Assembly (NCBI GenBank): GCA_037305845.1
Contig: CP147778.1
Span: 1,824,001-1,888,000 of the forward strand
Origin: Candidatus Freyarchaeum deiterrae
GTDB taxonomy: Archaea > Asgardarchaeota > Jordiarchaeia > Jordiarchaeales > Jordiarchaeaceae
Length of the DNA stretch: 64,000 nucleotides
Reading direction: 5' to 3'
Shown piece after piece: positions 34,843 through 44,959 of this stretch (positions are counted from its first letter, which is position 1; each line of letters starts with the position of its first letter). Under the pieces are notes generated by a model, which was not told the origin of the DNA, made no database searches, and saw only the letters and a program-made list of their open reading frames with translations. The position numbers were made by a program, and so were the translations under genes.

Positions 34843-36522
34843 TTGGAGGAATGCAAAATTCCAGTAATAACTCTGAATTGTAATCGAATGAGTGAGCTAT
34901 TAAGAAAAAAAATTAGTTCTGACGAACTCGAGAAAATAGTTCCATGGCTCGGAGTTGACATAGAGGAAAAAACAGAAAATTATGTCAAAATTGAGTACAA
35001 TCCTAATCGACCAGACTTCTCAAGCCAAGAAGGAATTGCACGCGCTCTGAGAGGATTAATGGAAATAGAAACCGGGCTCCCAAAATACAGAACTTCTGAG
35101 AGCGGCATAACCGTAAAGGTGGATCCTGCCATAGCAGAGATCAGACCATACATAGTTTGCGCGGTTATAAGGAATATTTCATTAAATGATGAAAATATCA
35201 TAGAACTCGTAGGTATGCAGGAGGATTTACATTGGGCCATAGGAAGAAATCGGGTGAAAGCGTCTATAGGCATTCATGACCTCGCTAATGTTAAACCGCC
35301 TTTTGAGTATCGGGCTGTAGATCCAGAAGGAATAAAGTTTATCCCTCTTAATTGGGCGGTAGAAACTACTCCTCGAGAAATTTTAGCTAAACATCCAAAG
35401 GGTTTAGAATACGCTCACATAATGGAAGGAAAGTCCAAGTACCCAATTATCACCGATGCCAATAATGATGTTTTATCATTTCCCCCCATAATTAACGGAA
35501 TTTTAACTCAACTAACCGAAAAAACAAGAAATCTTTTCATAGACGTTACTGGAACCACAATGAACCATATTAATATCGCCTTGAACATTCTTGTAACAGC
35601 ACTGGCGGAAGGAGGGGCCAAAATAGAGAGTGTCAAAATTGAATATCCTGACGAGATAATTAAAACACCAGACCTCACCCCTCAAACTTGGTCTATACAC
35701 GCTGAGTATGTTAACCGTTTACTAGGACTAAAACTTTCAACAGAAGAAATTATGCATTGCTTAGAAAAAGTGCGCATGGGCTCTAAATCAGAGAATGGTG
35801 AAATAAAATTACTAGTTCCTGCTTACCGCTACGACATTATGCATGAGGTGGACTTCGTTGAGGAAGTAGCCATAGGATACGGATTATATAATTTAACACC
35901 CACTCTTCCCAAAACGGTAACAATCGCAAAAGTTCATCCCTATCAAAAACTATCAAATTTAGTAAGACGTATACTAACAGGATTAGGATTTAATGAAGTA
36001 GTTAACTTCACACTAACAAATATTAAAGAGCATTACGAATATATGCGGACTAAAGGCAATCCGATAGAATTGCTTAACCCTGTAAGCTCAGAATACAACA
36101 TGGCAAGAGACGCCCTACTACCCGGGCTAATTAGGACTCTTAGAATCAACAAACATGAGGCATTACCCCAAAAAATTTTCGAGGTGGGTGATGTTGTTTT
36201 TTATGATCCTGAAGCTGAAACCAGCGCTACCCGCAAACTGAACGTCGCAGTGGCAATAACCGATACCGAGATAGGATTTACCGATATAAAAGCTACCTCC
36301 GAGGCCCTGTTAAGGGAGCTGGGATGTGAACAATGGAAATTCCAGCCTACATCCCTTCCAAGTTTCATTGACGGACGGACAGCCCTAGTGGAAGCAGATG
36401 GAAAAGTAATAGGCCATGTTGGTGAGATTCATCCAGAAGTATTAAATAATTTCAACTTGGAATATCCAGTAGGGGCTTTTGAATATAGTCTTGAATCTTT
36501 CTTGGAGAGGATTAAAAAATGA
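34843..36522 (+). CDS. pheT: Phenylalanine-tRNA ligase beta subunit
   Basis: NRPD, QEDLH...GRNR...SIGIHD, SFPPIING and GEIHPEVL motifs; follows pheS. Confidence 0.96.
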   Translation: MEECKIPVITLNCNRMSELLRKKISSDELEKIVPWLGVDIEEKTENYVKIEYNPNRPDFSSQEGIARALRGLMEIETGLPKYRTSESGITVKVDPAIAEIRPYIVCAVIRNISLNDENIIELVGMQEDLHWAIGRNRVKASIGIHDLANVKPPFEYRAVDPEGIKFIPLNWAVETTPREILAKHPKGLEYAHIMEGKSKYPIITDANNDVLSFPPIINGILTQLTEKTRNLFIDVTGTTMNHINIALNILVTALAEGGAKIESVKIEYPDEIIKTPDLTPQTWSIHAEYVNRLLGLKLSTEEIMHCLEKVRMGSKSENGEIKLLVPAYRYDIMHEVDFVEEVAIGYGLYNLTPTLPKTVTIAKVHPYQKLSNLVRRILTGLGFNEVVNFTLTNIKEHYEYMRTKGNPIELLNPVSSEYNMARDALLPGLIRTLRINKHEALPQKIFEVGDVVFYDPEAETSATRKLNVAVAITDTEIGFTDIKATSEALLRELGCEQWKFQPTSLPSFIDGRTALVEADGKVIGHVGEIHPEVLNNFNLEYPVGAFEYSLESFLERIKK

Positions 36523-37061
36523 AGCCTGCGATTCTGGTAATTGACATGCTTAACGATTTTGTTCTAGAGGGAGCGCCTCTAGTATGTGGTAAAGTAAGAG
36601 AGATAATAAAGCCGATAAAACGCCTTATAGAACAAGGAAGAAAGAAAAACATTCCAATAATATACGTAACGGACAGCCACGACCCTGACGATAAAGAATT
36701 TAAAATATGGCCGCCACACGCTGTAGAGAACTCTAAGGGCGCAGAGGTTATAGACGAGTTAAAGCCTCAAAAGGGAGAAATAATCGTTAGAAAAAAAACA
36801 TATGACGGCTTTTTCAGGACAAATCTAGAGAAAGTGCTAAAAGAAAAGAAAATCGACACTCTGATACTAACTGGAGTATGTACCGATATCTGTATTCTTC
36901 ACACCGGTAGCACTGCCACACTACTCGGCTATAATGTAAAGGTTCCGAGAGAATGCGTAGCTGCGCTAACAGACGAAGACCACAATTTTGCTCTGAAACA
37001 CCTAGAAAAAGTTCTCAAATCCGAAGTCAATACTTTGGATAATATAATGAAACAACTTTAA
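36519..37061 (+). CDS. Isochorismatase/nicotinamidase family cysteine hydrolase
   Basis: VIDMLNDF, WPPHA and GVCTDIC motifs. Confidence 0.9.
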   Translation: MKPAILVIDMLNDFVLEGAPLVCGKVREIIKPIKRLIEQGRKKNIPIIYVTDSHDPDDKEFKIWPPHAVENSKGAEVIDELKPQKGEIIVRKKTYDGFFRTNLEKVLKEKKIDTLILTGVCTDICILHTGSTATLLGYNVKVPRECVAALTDEDHNFALKHLEKVLKSEVNTLDNIMKQL

Positions 37062-37388
37062 CTGATTTTTATTACTAAAAAATAAAAACTGCTGCCCACT
37101 TTTCCTAATCAACAGGGTCATAACTTTTTCTAATTATAAAATTTACATTACTAACATGAAACAATAGGTTTTGGAGCGACTTTTATACAATGGCCAGTGT
37201 TTTTTATAAAATTATAACTGTCTTATGTTTCAATAATTTTGTTAATATAAATATTAATATTTATGTAATTGTCTCTGTTTAATAAAAATTACTTCGGCAA
37301 AATTAGAACTTTTTTTTAATATTCGCCAAAAGTCTTATATATTATAGTTTATGACCTCTTTAGTAATCTAATTCCTTTTTCTGAGGAG

Positions 37389-38174
37389 TTGTGTCTTATG
37401 AGTAAACTCACTGATGAGAGTAAAAAAAGTCTATGCCAGAGTATTGCTGGTGAAATAGCGTTGTCTGATGATCCAGGTAAAGTAATGCGTAAGTGGAGAG
37501 AGAAATTTCAGATTGCGCAGAAGGATTTGGCTGGATATCTTGGAATCTCTCCATCAGTGATTAGTGACTATGAAAGCGGTAGAAGGGTGTCTCCCCGAAT
37601 AGACACTATGAGAAAATTTGTAGAGTCTCTTGTGGCTATTGATGAGATAAAGGGCGGGCAGATAGTTAATGGTTTGATTAGGATTTTAACCAGGGAAATA
37701 CCCTCAGATATTATTCTGGATATTAGAGAGTTTCCATACGCGATTAAATCTGAGGTTTTATGCGAATACTTAGAATGTGAAGTTCTTGCCAATAGCGAAA
37801 TGTTAAGTCAGCCAATATATGGATACACTGCTGTGGATGTTATTAATGCGATCGTCAATCTATCTTCCGATCAGCTTCTCACGCTTTATGGAGCTACACC
37901 CCAGCGTGCAGCCATATTCACCAATGTAGTTAGTGGAAGAGCTTCTATGGTAGCCATTAAAACGAGTCAAATGGGCACTACTCGTTCATTAAAGCCTTCT
38001 CTACTAATAATTCACGGACCCAAGAAAGTGAATCAAGTAGATCCGCTCGCTATAAAAATAGCAGAGGTAGAACGTATACCCCTCGCAGTAACAAAGATAG
38101 AAAGTGTAGATGCATTAATAAAAGCATTAAGAAGCTTTATGTCAAAGGAAATAACAACTATCACAACTCCATAA
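37389..38174 (+). CDS. Conserved archaeal XRE-HTH transcriptional regulator
   Basis: IAGEIALS..PG..MRKWRE.F and SPSVISDYESGRR.SP motifs. Confidence 0.88.
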   Translation: MCLMSKLTDESKKSLCQSIAGEIALSDDPGKVMRKWREKFQIAQKDLAGYLGISPSVISDYESGRRVSPRIDTMRKFVESLVAIDEIKGGQIVNGLIRILTREIPSDIILDIREFPYAIKSEVLCEYLECEVLANSEMLSQPIYGYTAVDVINAIVNLSSDQLLTLYGATPQRAAIFTNVVSGRASMVAIKTSQMGTTRSLKPSLLIIHGPKKVNQVDPLAIKIAEVERIPLAVTKIESVDALIKALRSFMSKEITTITTP

Positions 38175-38244
38175 AGGATCCTGTCTCAAAAAAAAAGTTT
38201 CAATTCTAAGGGTATGGTTTTTCCCTCAGAAAATATTCTTTGTT

Positions 38245-39255
38245 CTAGTCCTCGTCTCTGAGGTCTATCATGTCTAGTGCTCCAGGCCCAGTTCCTATAA
38301 GGCATACTGGAATTTTTATTACTTCCTCTACTTTTCTTATGAAAGAGAGGCTTTCTTCGGGCAATTTGTCTATTGATCTAGCTCCGCTACATTCTGGATA
38401 GATTACGTCAAATTTTGTAATGGCAGCTTTAGTGGCACCATTTAGCATTACCGCTCTTTTTGCTAATTCAAAATTGAAGGGTGCAGCTCTTCTTTTTCTT
38501 CCAGTTACGGTTCCTGTTTCAAACCAGCCACGCTTTTTAGCCTCTTCTTCAGATAATTCTCCTGGGAGTTCACCCGCCCCCACTCTTGTGGTAAACGATT
38601 TGAATACAATAAAAACCTCATCTATCTTAGTTGGCCCTACTCCCACATCGGCGCAAGCTTGGGAGGCGGTGGTGTCCTTGCTGGTTACGAAAGGATAAGT
38701 ACCATGATATAGTGAGAGAAATGTACCTTGAGTTCCTTCTATTAAAACATGTTCTCCATCATTAATTGCGGTATTAACCTCTAATGGAACATCGGTAATG
38801 TAATTTGCAAGGTCCGGAATGTCTTTTGCTAGTTTAACTTTTCTCATTGCTCTCTCTGCATTACAAGGCCCGCACCCGGAACCTGTGCTTCCAATTTTTC
38901 CTTTAAGAAATGAGGAACCTCTATCTTCTTCTATGTGTTTTTCTTCAATTATTGCGCACTGACGATCAATCTTTAGTCTTTCTCCAACTCCTGTTTCCTC
39001 TGCCTCTTTTTTTAGAACATCAGCATTAACCAGCACACCGGGGCCGATTAGTATTTTGGATTTTTCTTGGACGAATCCGCTGGATATCTGTCTCAACTTA
39101 TAGGTCTTACCCTCGTATTCGACAGTGTGCCCCGCATTTGTGCCAACACCCGCTCGTACACATACTGAAGGCTCATCTTTTATCGCTAGATAAGAAACAA
39201 TTTTGCCTTTTCCTTCATCTCCGAAAAAGCCGCCTACAAGAACATGACAGGTCAA
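38245..39255 (-). CDS. purA: Adenylosuccinate synthetase (short archaeal form)
   Basis: GDEGKGK, NAGHT, EGTQG, YPFVTS, TRVGAG and GTVTGRKRR motifs. Confidence 0.97.
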   Translation of the reverse strand: MTCHVLVGGFFGDEGKGKIVSYLAIKDEPSVCVRAGVGTNAGHTVEYEGKTYKLRQISSGFVQEKSKILIGPGVLVNADVLKKEAEETGVGERLKIDRQCAIIEEKHIEEDRGSSFLKGKIGSTGSGCGPCNAERAMRKVKLAKDIPDLANYITDVPLEVNTAINDGEHVLIEGTQGTFLSLYHGTYPFVTSKDTTASQACADVGVGPTKIDEVFIVFKSFTTRVGAGELPGELSEEEAKKRGWFETGTVTGRKRRAAPFNFELAKRAVMLNGATKAAITKFDVIYPECSGARSIDKLPEESLSFIRKVEEVIKIPVCLIGTGPGALDMIDLRDED

Positions 39256-39489
39256 CCGTTAACCTCCATCAAATTTTTCAAAAGCGATAACTATAATGTT
39301 TAAACCCAATTAGAAGTACACTTATTGCCTATATTTTTCAAATTATAAACCGAATTTCTGATGTCTCAATTTGTTTTTAAGTTTTCCCTTTCCAGTTATT
39401 GAAGATATTAGAAGGTTTTTTGTGTAACAATTATATCCCTTTATTACAATTGTTTCATAACAGTTTAACGAATTGGAGAGTTAAATTAA

Positions 39490-40639
39490 ATGTGGAAACT
39501 AATTCGCCCTGATGCGTATAGAGTTTGGAATGATAGTATTGTTCGAGAAAGGCTTTGGAGATACTACGAGGTATTTAATAACAGACTCAACGCCAAGTTT
39601 TTAATTGCTTTGAAAGTGGGTGCAGATGTGGAACTAGATGCTGAATCGGGTAAGCTCTGGAGTGTACACGATAAAACTAGTGGCATATTCAGAGGCCTCT
39701 TGAAACGTGTTGACACAGGTGAAGTAAAATTAGATGATATGGACTCACCGAAGATTTCTTATTTAGATCTAAAGGTTGAACTTGCCCGTAGAATTCTATC
39801 CGAGTGCCATTTCTGTGAAAGGCGGTGCGGAGCTAACAGATTAGAGGACAAGAAAGGATTTTGTAAATTAGGAAGCGCGTCTTATGTATCCACGGCTTTC
39901 TTGCACACTGGTGAGGAAGCTCCCTTAGTTCCATCCGGCACAAACGCTTAATGAGCATTGCTCTAGCGGTGCATTCTTCTTCTCCAGTTGCACGTTTAAA
40001 TGTGTATTTTGTCAGAACTACGATATTTCAACAAATCCGAAAAGCGGTATTGAAACTTCAGGAGAAAGTCTTGCACGAATAAGTAGAGACTTGAGAAGAG
40101 AGGGTGCAAGAAATGTAAATTATGTGGGCGGGGAGCCAACACCCAATACTTACAACATTTTAAAAGGTATCAGGGAAACCAAAACAAACGTTGCTCAACT
40201 ATGGAATTCTAACATGTACTGCTCTAAAGAATGCATGAAACTTCTGCTAGATGTTATGGATTTTTGGCTTCCAGACTTTAAATATGGAAACGACCAGTGC
40301 GCCGAAAGATTAAGCAAAGTTTCGAATTATTGGGAAATCGTCTCCAGAAACCATAAGATGGCTTACGATGAAACCGTAGAAACCGGAGCGTCAGGTATGA
40401 TCATAAGACACCTAGTTTTACCAAGTCATATCGAATGCTGTACCAAACCGGTTCTTGAGTGGATAGCTAAAAACTGCCCAAAGGCTTTGGTTAATATCAT
40501 GGAACAATATCATCCTACACATGAAGTATCAGGAAACAAGGAGTTCATGGACATAGATAGAAAAGTCACTCATGAAGAGATGGAAGAGGCGTACAGGACC
40601 GCTGATGAATTGGGAATTATCTGGCAACCTGTATCTTAA
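39490..40639 (+). CDS. PflX-like radical SAM protein, intron-split: join(39490..39943,39975..40639), 372 aa
   Basis: Splicing gives HTGEEAPLVPSGTIFFSSCTFKCVFCQNYDIS (CxxxCxxC), in frame with the 40091 ORF (VGGEPTP, WNSNMY, PDFKYGND, IIRHLVLP). Confidence 0.92.
39944..39974 (+). other. 31-nt BHB intron in the radical SAM mRNA
   Basis: G-GCAC-AA^A-CGCT...AGCG-GTGC-AT^T-C; contains an in-frame TAA and shifts the frame. Confidence 0.9.
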
Positions 40640-40884
40640 TAGAGTTAAGTTATCTACAATTCTCAACCCACATCCCTAAATTGAGACAATACATTGAAAT
40701 CATGTTCCGTAAATATTATCTTCGGATTATATTGTCTTAATACATTTTTTAAACGTCTTAGATAAAAATAAAAAGTGTTGACTAGATAATTATAGTTTTG
40801 TTTTAAATGCTGTTTTAAATTTTGAAAGGGTAGATTTTTATCGAGTTTAGATTAAATTGATGCTTAGAGAAGAGTTGATAAATA

Positions 40885-41769
40885 TTGCTTGAAAAAACAG
40901 TAATACCCGGTCCTAGCTCACAGCTCTTGGGACTACGCCTCGCAAGGTGTTTAAAGTCAAGCGTGGTTCCTATAGAGTTTAAGACTTTCCCAGATGGAGA
41001 AAGATACATTCGGATAAAGGAAGAACCAAAGAATGGTCATGCTGTTGTAGTTCAGTCTACGATACCGCCTGATCCCAATCAATGTATAATTGAACTTTGT
41101 TTCATACTTGAAACTCTTAAGGAAATAGGTTTGGAGAAAATCACTGCAGTGATTCCCTATTTCGCTTACGCCCGCCAAGACAAAAAATTTCTACCTGGCG
41201 AGGCCGTAAGTGGAAAGATAATTTGCGATATCATACAGAACGCTGGGGCTGATGAAGTAATAACTGTGGATATTCATAGCAAAAGAATTTTAGAAAATTT
41301 CAAAATTCCCATAAGAGATGTTAGTGCAGTTCCTCTGCTTGGGGAATACTTGAACAATTTTAAACTAACTAACCCCTTAATTATTTCCCCAGATGAGGGA
41401 GCGATTGAAAGGGCTAGAACTCTTGCGGTTTTCATGGATGCTGAATACGTTACGTTTACTAAATCCCGGGATAAGCACACAGGTGAAATTGAAATATTGA
41501 TTAAAGAAATCGATGTTGCTAATCGCGATGTAGTTATAATAGATGACATTATCAGTACTGGCGGAACTATGGCGAGTGCGGTTGAAATCGCTAAGAGTCA
41601 GGGAGCTGCTCGAGTTTATGCAGCATGTACTCATGCTGTTTTGGTGGGTGATTCCAGATTTAAAATTCTTAACGCAGGGGCGAATGAGATAATCGGAACT
41701 GACACAGTTCCCAGCGATGTGAGTTTCGTATCTGCGGCTCCTATTATTGCTGAGGCGCTAAAAGAGTGA
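40885..41769 (+). CDS. prs: Ribose-phosphate pyrophosphokinase (paralog 2)
   Basis: FPDGERYIRI, PYFAYARQD and IIDDIISTGGT motifs. Confidence 0.95.
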   Translation: MLEKTVIPGPSSQLLGLRLARCLKSSVVPIEFKTFPDGERYIRIKEEPKNGHAVVVQSTIPPDPNQCIIELCFILETLKEIGLEKITAVIPYFAYARQDKKFLPGEAVSGKIICDIIQNAGADEVITVDIHSKRILENFKIPIRDVSAVPLLGEYLNNFKLTNPLIISPDEGAIERARTLAVFMDAEYVTFTKSRDKHTGEIEILIKEIDVANRDVVIIDDIISTGGTMASAVEIAKSQGAARVYAACTHAVLVGDSRFKILNAGANEIIGTDTVPSDVSFVSAAPIIAEALKE

Positions 41770-42812
41770 GACAAGACCAATTTTATATTTTGTCAGGAGA
41801 GAATCCCACTATTCCAAGCGCTGAATGCCTAGCAATTCTTGAAAGCCTCAATATACCCTACAAAGCAGAAAAATATGAACAGGTGCTAATTTTAAACTCA
41901 GAGGAGGAAAGCTGCCAACGAATAGCTGAGCGGGCTGCAATGGTTCACAATTGTTGTATTTTACTAACTAAAAGTGAAGCAAACATTGACCAGATAATGG
42001 GGTCTGTTCGAGAAATAGATTTTCAAAAACACATTTCTAACGATGATACCTTCGCCGTGAGAATAAAGCACATAAGTAACTATTCACAGGAATTAAGTTC
42101 AACTCTCCTTGAAAAAGAAATTGGAAACATAATCCATAAAAGTGTAGGAGCAAAAGCGAATCTCAGAAACCCCGATAAATTACTTTATGGGGTCCTAACA
42201 GAGAATGTTTTCATATTTGGAAAGAACGTTCGAAGATCCGAAAGGAAAACACTGGGTTTAAGAAAAGCCAAGTTTAGACCCTTTTTTATTCCCAGTTCTA
42301 TGAACCCCCCTCTTGCTAGAGCAATGGTTAATCTGTCTAGAGCTCGCCCCAAAGGTATTTTTTACGATCCATTTTGTGGAGCTGGAGGACTTCTAATCGA
42401 AGCCGGACTTATGGGATGTAAACTCATAGGTTCAGACATCGATATAAAAATGGTTTTAGGAACGGAAAAGAACCTCAAACATTTCAACTTAGAAGATTGG
42501 AATATACTTCAATCAGATGCCAAAAACTTGACTATAAACAAAGCTAATAGTATAGCGACAGATCCACCTTACGGAGGAGCTGCCTCCACTAAGGGTATCC
42601 GCCGCGAAAAACTAATTGCGGGTTTCATAGAAGAAATAGCCGGCATATCTAGTTCAGTTGGATACATATGTATGGGTGCGCCCTCCACAATAGACTTGGA
42701 AGAACTTGTTAAAGAAGCAGGTTTACAGACAGTAGAAAAACATTTAGTACGAGCACACAAGAGTTTAACCCGCCAAATTATAGTATTAAGAAAGCCAACT
42801 TCTGACAGCTGA
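41766..42812 (+). CDS. THUMP-domain tRNA (guanine-10 N2) methyltransferase (Trm11/TrmG10 family)
   Basis: RPFF.PSSM...ARAMVNL, DPFCGAGG, TDPPYG and HKSLTR motifs. Confidence 0.9.
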   Translation: MRQDQFYILSGENPTIPSAECLAILESLNIPYKAEKYEQVLILNSEEESCQRIAERAAMVHNCCILLTKSEANIDQIMGSVREIDFQKHISNDDTFAVRIKHISNYSQELSSTLLEKEIGNIIHKSVGAKANLRNPDKLLYGVLTENVFIFGKNVRRSERKTLGLRKAKFRPFFIPSSMNPPLARAMVNLSRARPKGIFYDPFCGAGGLLIEAGLMGCKLIGSDIDIKMVLGTEKNLKHFNLEDWNILQSDAKNLTINKANSIATDPPYGGAASTKGIRREKLIAGFIEEIAGISSSVGYICMGAPSTIDLEELVKEAGLQTVEKHLVRAHKSLTRQIIVLRKPTSDS

Positions 42813-42876
42813 AGACAAATATTTAAACAAAAAGACATTTTTTCCTACAAATGAAATAAACTTCTCGTATAGGAAT

Positions 42877-43791
42877 GTGAAAGAATTGCTGAGAGTCATT
42901 ATCCTGGGAACCTCAGGGGGAATTCCTACCGTTGAAAGAAATCTCCCAGCGATAGCTGTAAAGATAAGCAAGGAAATCATTCTGTTTGATTGTGCTGAGG
43001 GAACACAGAGACAGATGGAAAAGGCAAAGCTGAGTGTGGGCAGGATTAATAAAATTTTTGTTACACATCTTCATGGAGACCACATAATGGGAATTCCTGG
43101 AATACTGCAAACACTTTCACTTCAAAACAGAAAAACGCCTCTTCATATTTTCGGTCCGGAAGGTACTGGGGCTTTTATTAAAGCTATAAAAACTACCGTA
43201 AATTTTACTCTCACGTTTGACGTTTATATCAAAGAGATCTCTGAAGGAATAATATTTGAAGGGAGTGATTACTACATCAATTGTGTTAGAACCGAGCACA
43301 CCGATAACTCCTTTGCCTTCGCTTTCATTGAAAAAGATAGACCCGGGAAATTTTACCCAGAAAAGGCTAGCACTCTTCAGATACCAATGGGGCCGCTATG
43401 GAGAAAATTACAATACTGGCAAGCAGTCACACTACCCGACGGAAGAACAATAGAACCCGGTGAAGTGGCGGATCCTCCAAGACCAGGAAGAAAAATTGTG
43501 TATACAGGAGACACCGCTCCGTGTGATTCTGTTGTACAAATAAGCAAAGGCTCCACTCTCTTAATACATGAGAGTACTTTCGGCGATGACTTGGAAGAAA
43601 AGGCTGTGGAAACAAAGCATTCCACGGCAGCACAAGCTGCGAAGGTGGCTAAAGAGGCTGGCGTCGAAAAACTGGTTTTAACACATATAAGTTCAAGATA
43701 CCCAAACCCGAATGAATTGTATGAACAAGCCAAAAAAATTTTTGAAAACACTAAAGTTGCAAAGGATCTGATGGAGATAGTTTTTAATTAG
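42877..43791 (+). CDS. rnz: Ribonuclease Z
   Basis: LGTSGGIPT, DCAEGTQRQ, THLHGDH, YTGDT, HESTF and LTHISSRY motifs. Confidence 0.96.
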   Translation: MKELLRVIILGTSGGIPTVERNLPAIAVKISKEIILFDCAEGTQRQMEKAKLSVGRINKIFVTHLHGDHIMGIPGILQTLSLQNRKTPLHIFGPEGTGAFIKAIKTTVNFTLTFDVYIKEISEGIIFEGSDYYINCVRTEHTDNSFAFAFIEKDRPGKFYPEKASTLQIPMGPLWRKLQYWQAVTLPDGRTIEPGEVADPPRPGRKIVYTGDTAPCDSVVQISKGSTLLIHESTFGDDLEEKAVETKHSTAAQAAKVAKEAGVEKLVLTHISSRYPNPNELYEQAKKIFENTKVAKDLMEIVFN

Positions 43792-43898
43792 CGATACAGA
43801 AAAATATTATGAAAAATTTTGTTTATCAGCGATTTTAATAATACCTGCTGTCAGAAGTATCTTCTTAGTTTTATGCGGCTCACTAGGTCTTCTTCCTT

Positions 43899-44330
43899 TT
43901 AGCTGTCTATGGGAGGTTCTCGCTCTAGCGGTCTTCCCTCTACTGTTTTTGGGGAGAGCCAGTCAACTAATTCTTCTATGTTGCTGCTTCTGATACTTAT
44001 TTTTATAGAGCCCATCGGGGATTCTGCTTCTGGGTGGCTGAAGTGAATTTTACCCATGAAGGCGGCCTGCTTATGAAGGTAAAAAGTTACAGTGTCCCCG
44101 ATTACGCCTCTTCTTATGATTTTTCTTGCGGATTCAACTATGAGTTGATCTCTTAGGCGCTGGTATATTTTCGAAACCCCCTCCAGTCCTTGAGCTTTGC
44201 CGTGAAGAATATTTTGTCCATCTTTTTCTGAAAGTGAGTAGTCTATATCCACGATTGCTTTTAGGGCTTTTTCTACCTTCTCTCTACTCTCGGTGGGGTA
44301 TACGGGGGCTTCGATTTCTAGTTCTATCAT
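43899..44330 (-). CDS. UPF0201/DUF54 putative RNA-binding protein
   Basis: VYPTES.EKV..A and LHKQAAF.G motifs. Confidence 0.85.
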   Translation of the reverse strand: MIELEIEAPVYPTESREKVEKALKAIVDIDYSLSEKDGQNILHGKAQGLEGVSKIYQRLRDQLIVESARKIIRRGVIGDTVTFYLHKQAAFMGKIHFSHPEAESPMGSIKISIRSSNIEELVDWLSPKTVEGRPLEREPPIDS

Positions 44331-44875
44331 TTTATTATCTTCCCCAGAATTGTTCGCATTTTTTCAATTAATTCATCCTCACATCCTTCGTTTACAATTA
44401 GGTAATCCGCTAGGGCCATTGCTGATCTGATTCCAAAATTTGTCTCTCTAGCGTCTCTTTCTTGAAAAGTTTTGATATCCAGTGAATCATCAGAGCGTTC
44501 ACGTTCGCATAGACGTTTGAAGCGTGTTTCGGGTGATGCCTGAATAGCAACTAAAGTGAAATCAGGATAATGCTTTTTGAATAATTCTATCTCCTCGAGG
44601 CTCCTGATCCCTTCAACCAAGACAATACGAGATTTTTCTTTTTCGATTTTGGGTAAGGTCCTATTTGCCACAGCTTGCGATCCTTCCTCTTCGCGTAAGC
44701 CCTTTGATACCTTGCCCAAATTTTCTGGTGTTTCCTCTAAACCTCTTAATTTTACTTCCTCCCGAACTACGTCCCCCATCGATACTACTGGTATACCTCT
44801 ATCTTTTGCTGCATTAACTGCCAGTGATTTGCCGGAGCCGGGCATGCCGACAAACGCTATGATTTTCTTCTTCAA
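44327..44875 (-). CDS. UPF0200 dephospho-CoA-kinase-like P-loop protein
   Basis: VGMPGSGKS, SMGDVVREE, EGIRS and RSDD motifs. Confidence 0.88.
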   Translation of the reverse strand: MKKKIIAFVGMPGSGKSLAVNAAKDRGIPVVSMGDVVREEVKLRGLEETPENLGKVSKGLREEEGSQAVANRTLPKIEKEKSRIVLVEGIRSLEEIELFKKHYPDFTLVAIQASPETRFKRLCERERSDDSLDIKTFQERDARETNFGIRSAMALADYLIVNEGCEDELIEKMRTILGKIIK

Positions 44876-44959
44876 AACCTACACCCATTAGTCCGCAGAA
44901 AATAAATTTTTGGCAAGTTTTGGAGATCAAAAATAATTTGGATTGTTTATGTTTCTGTT

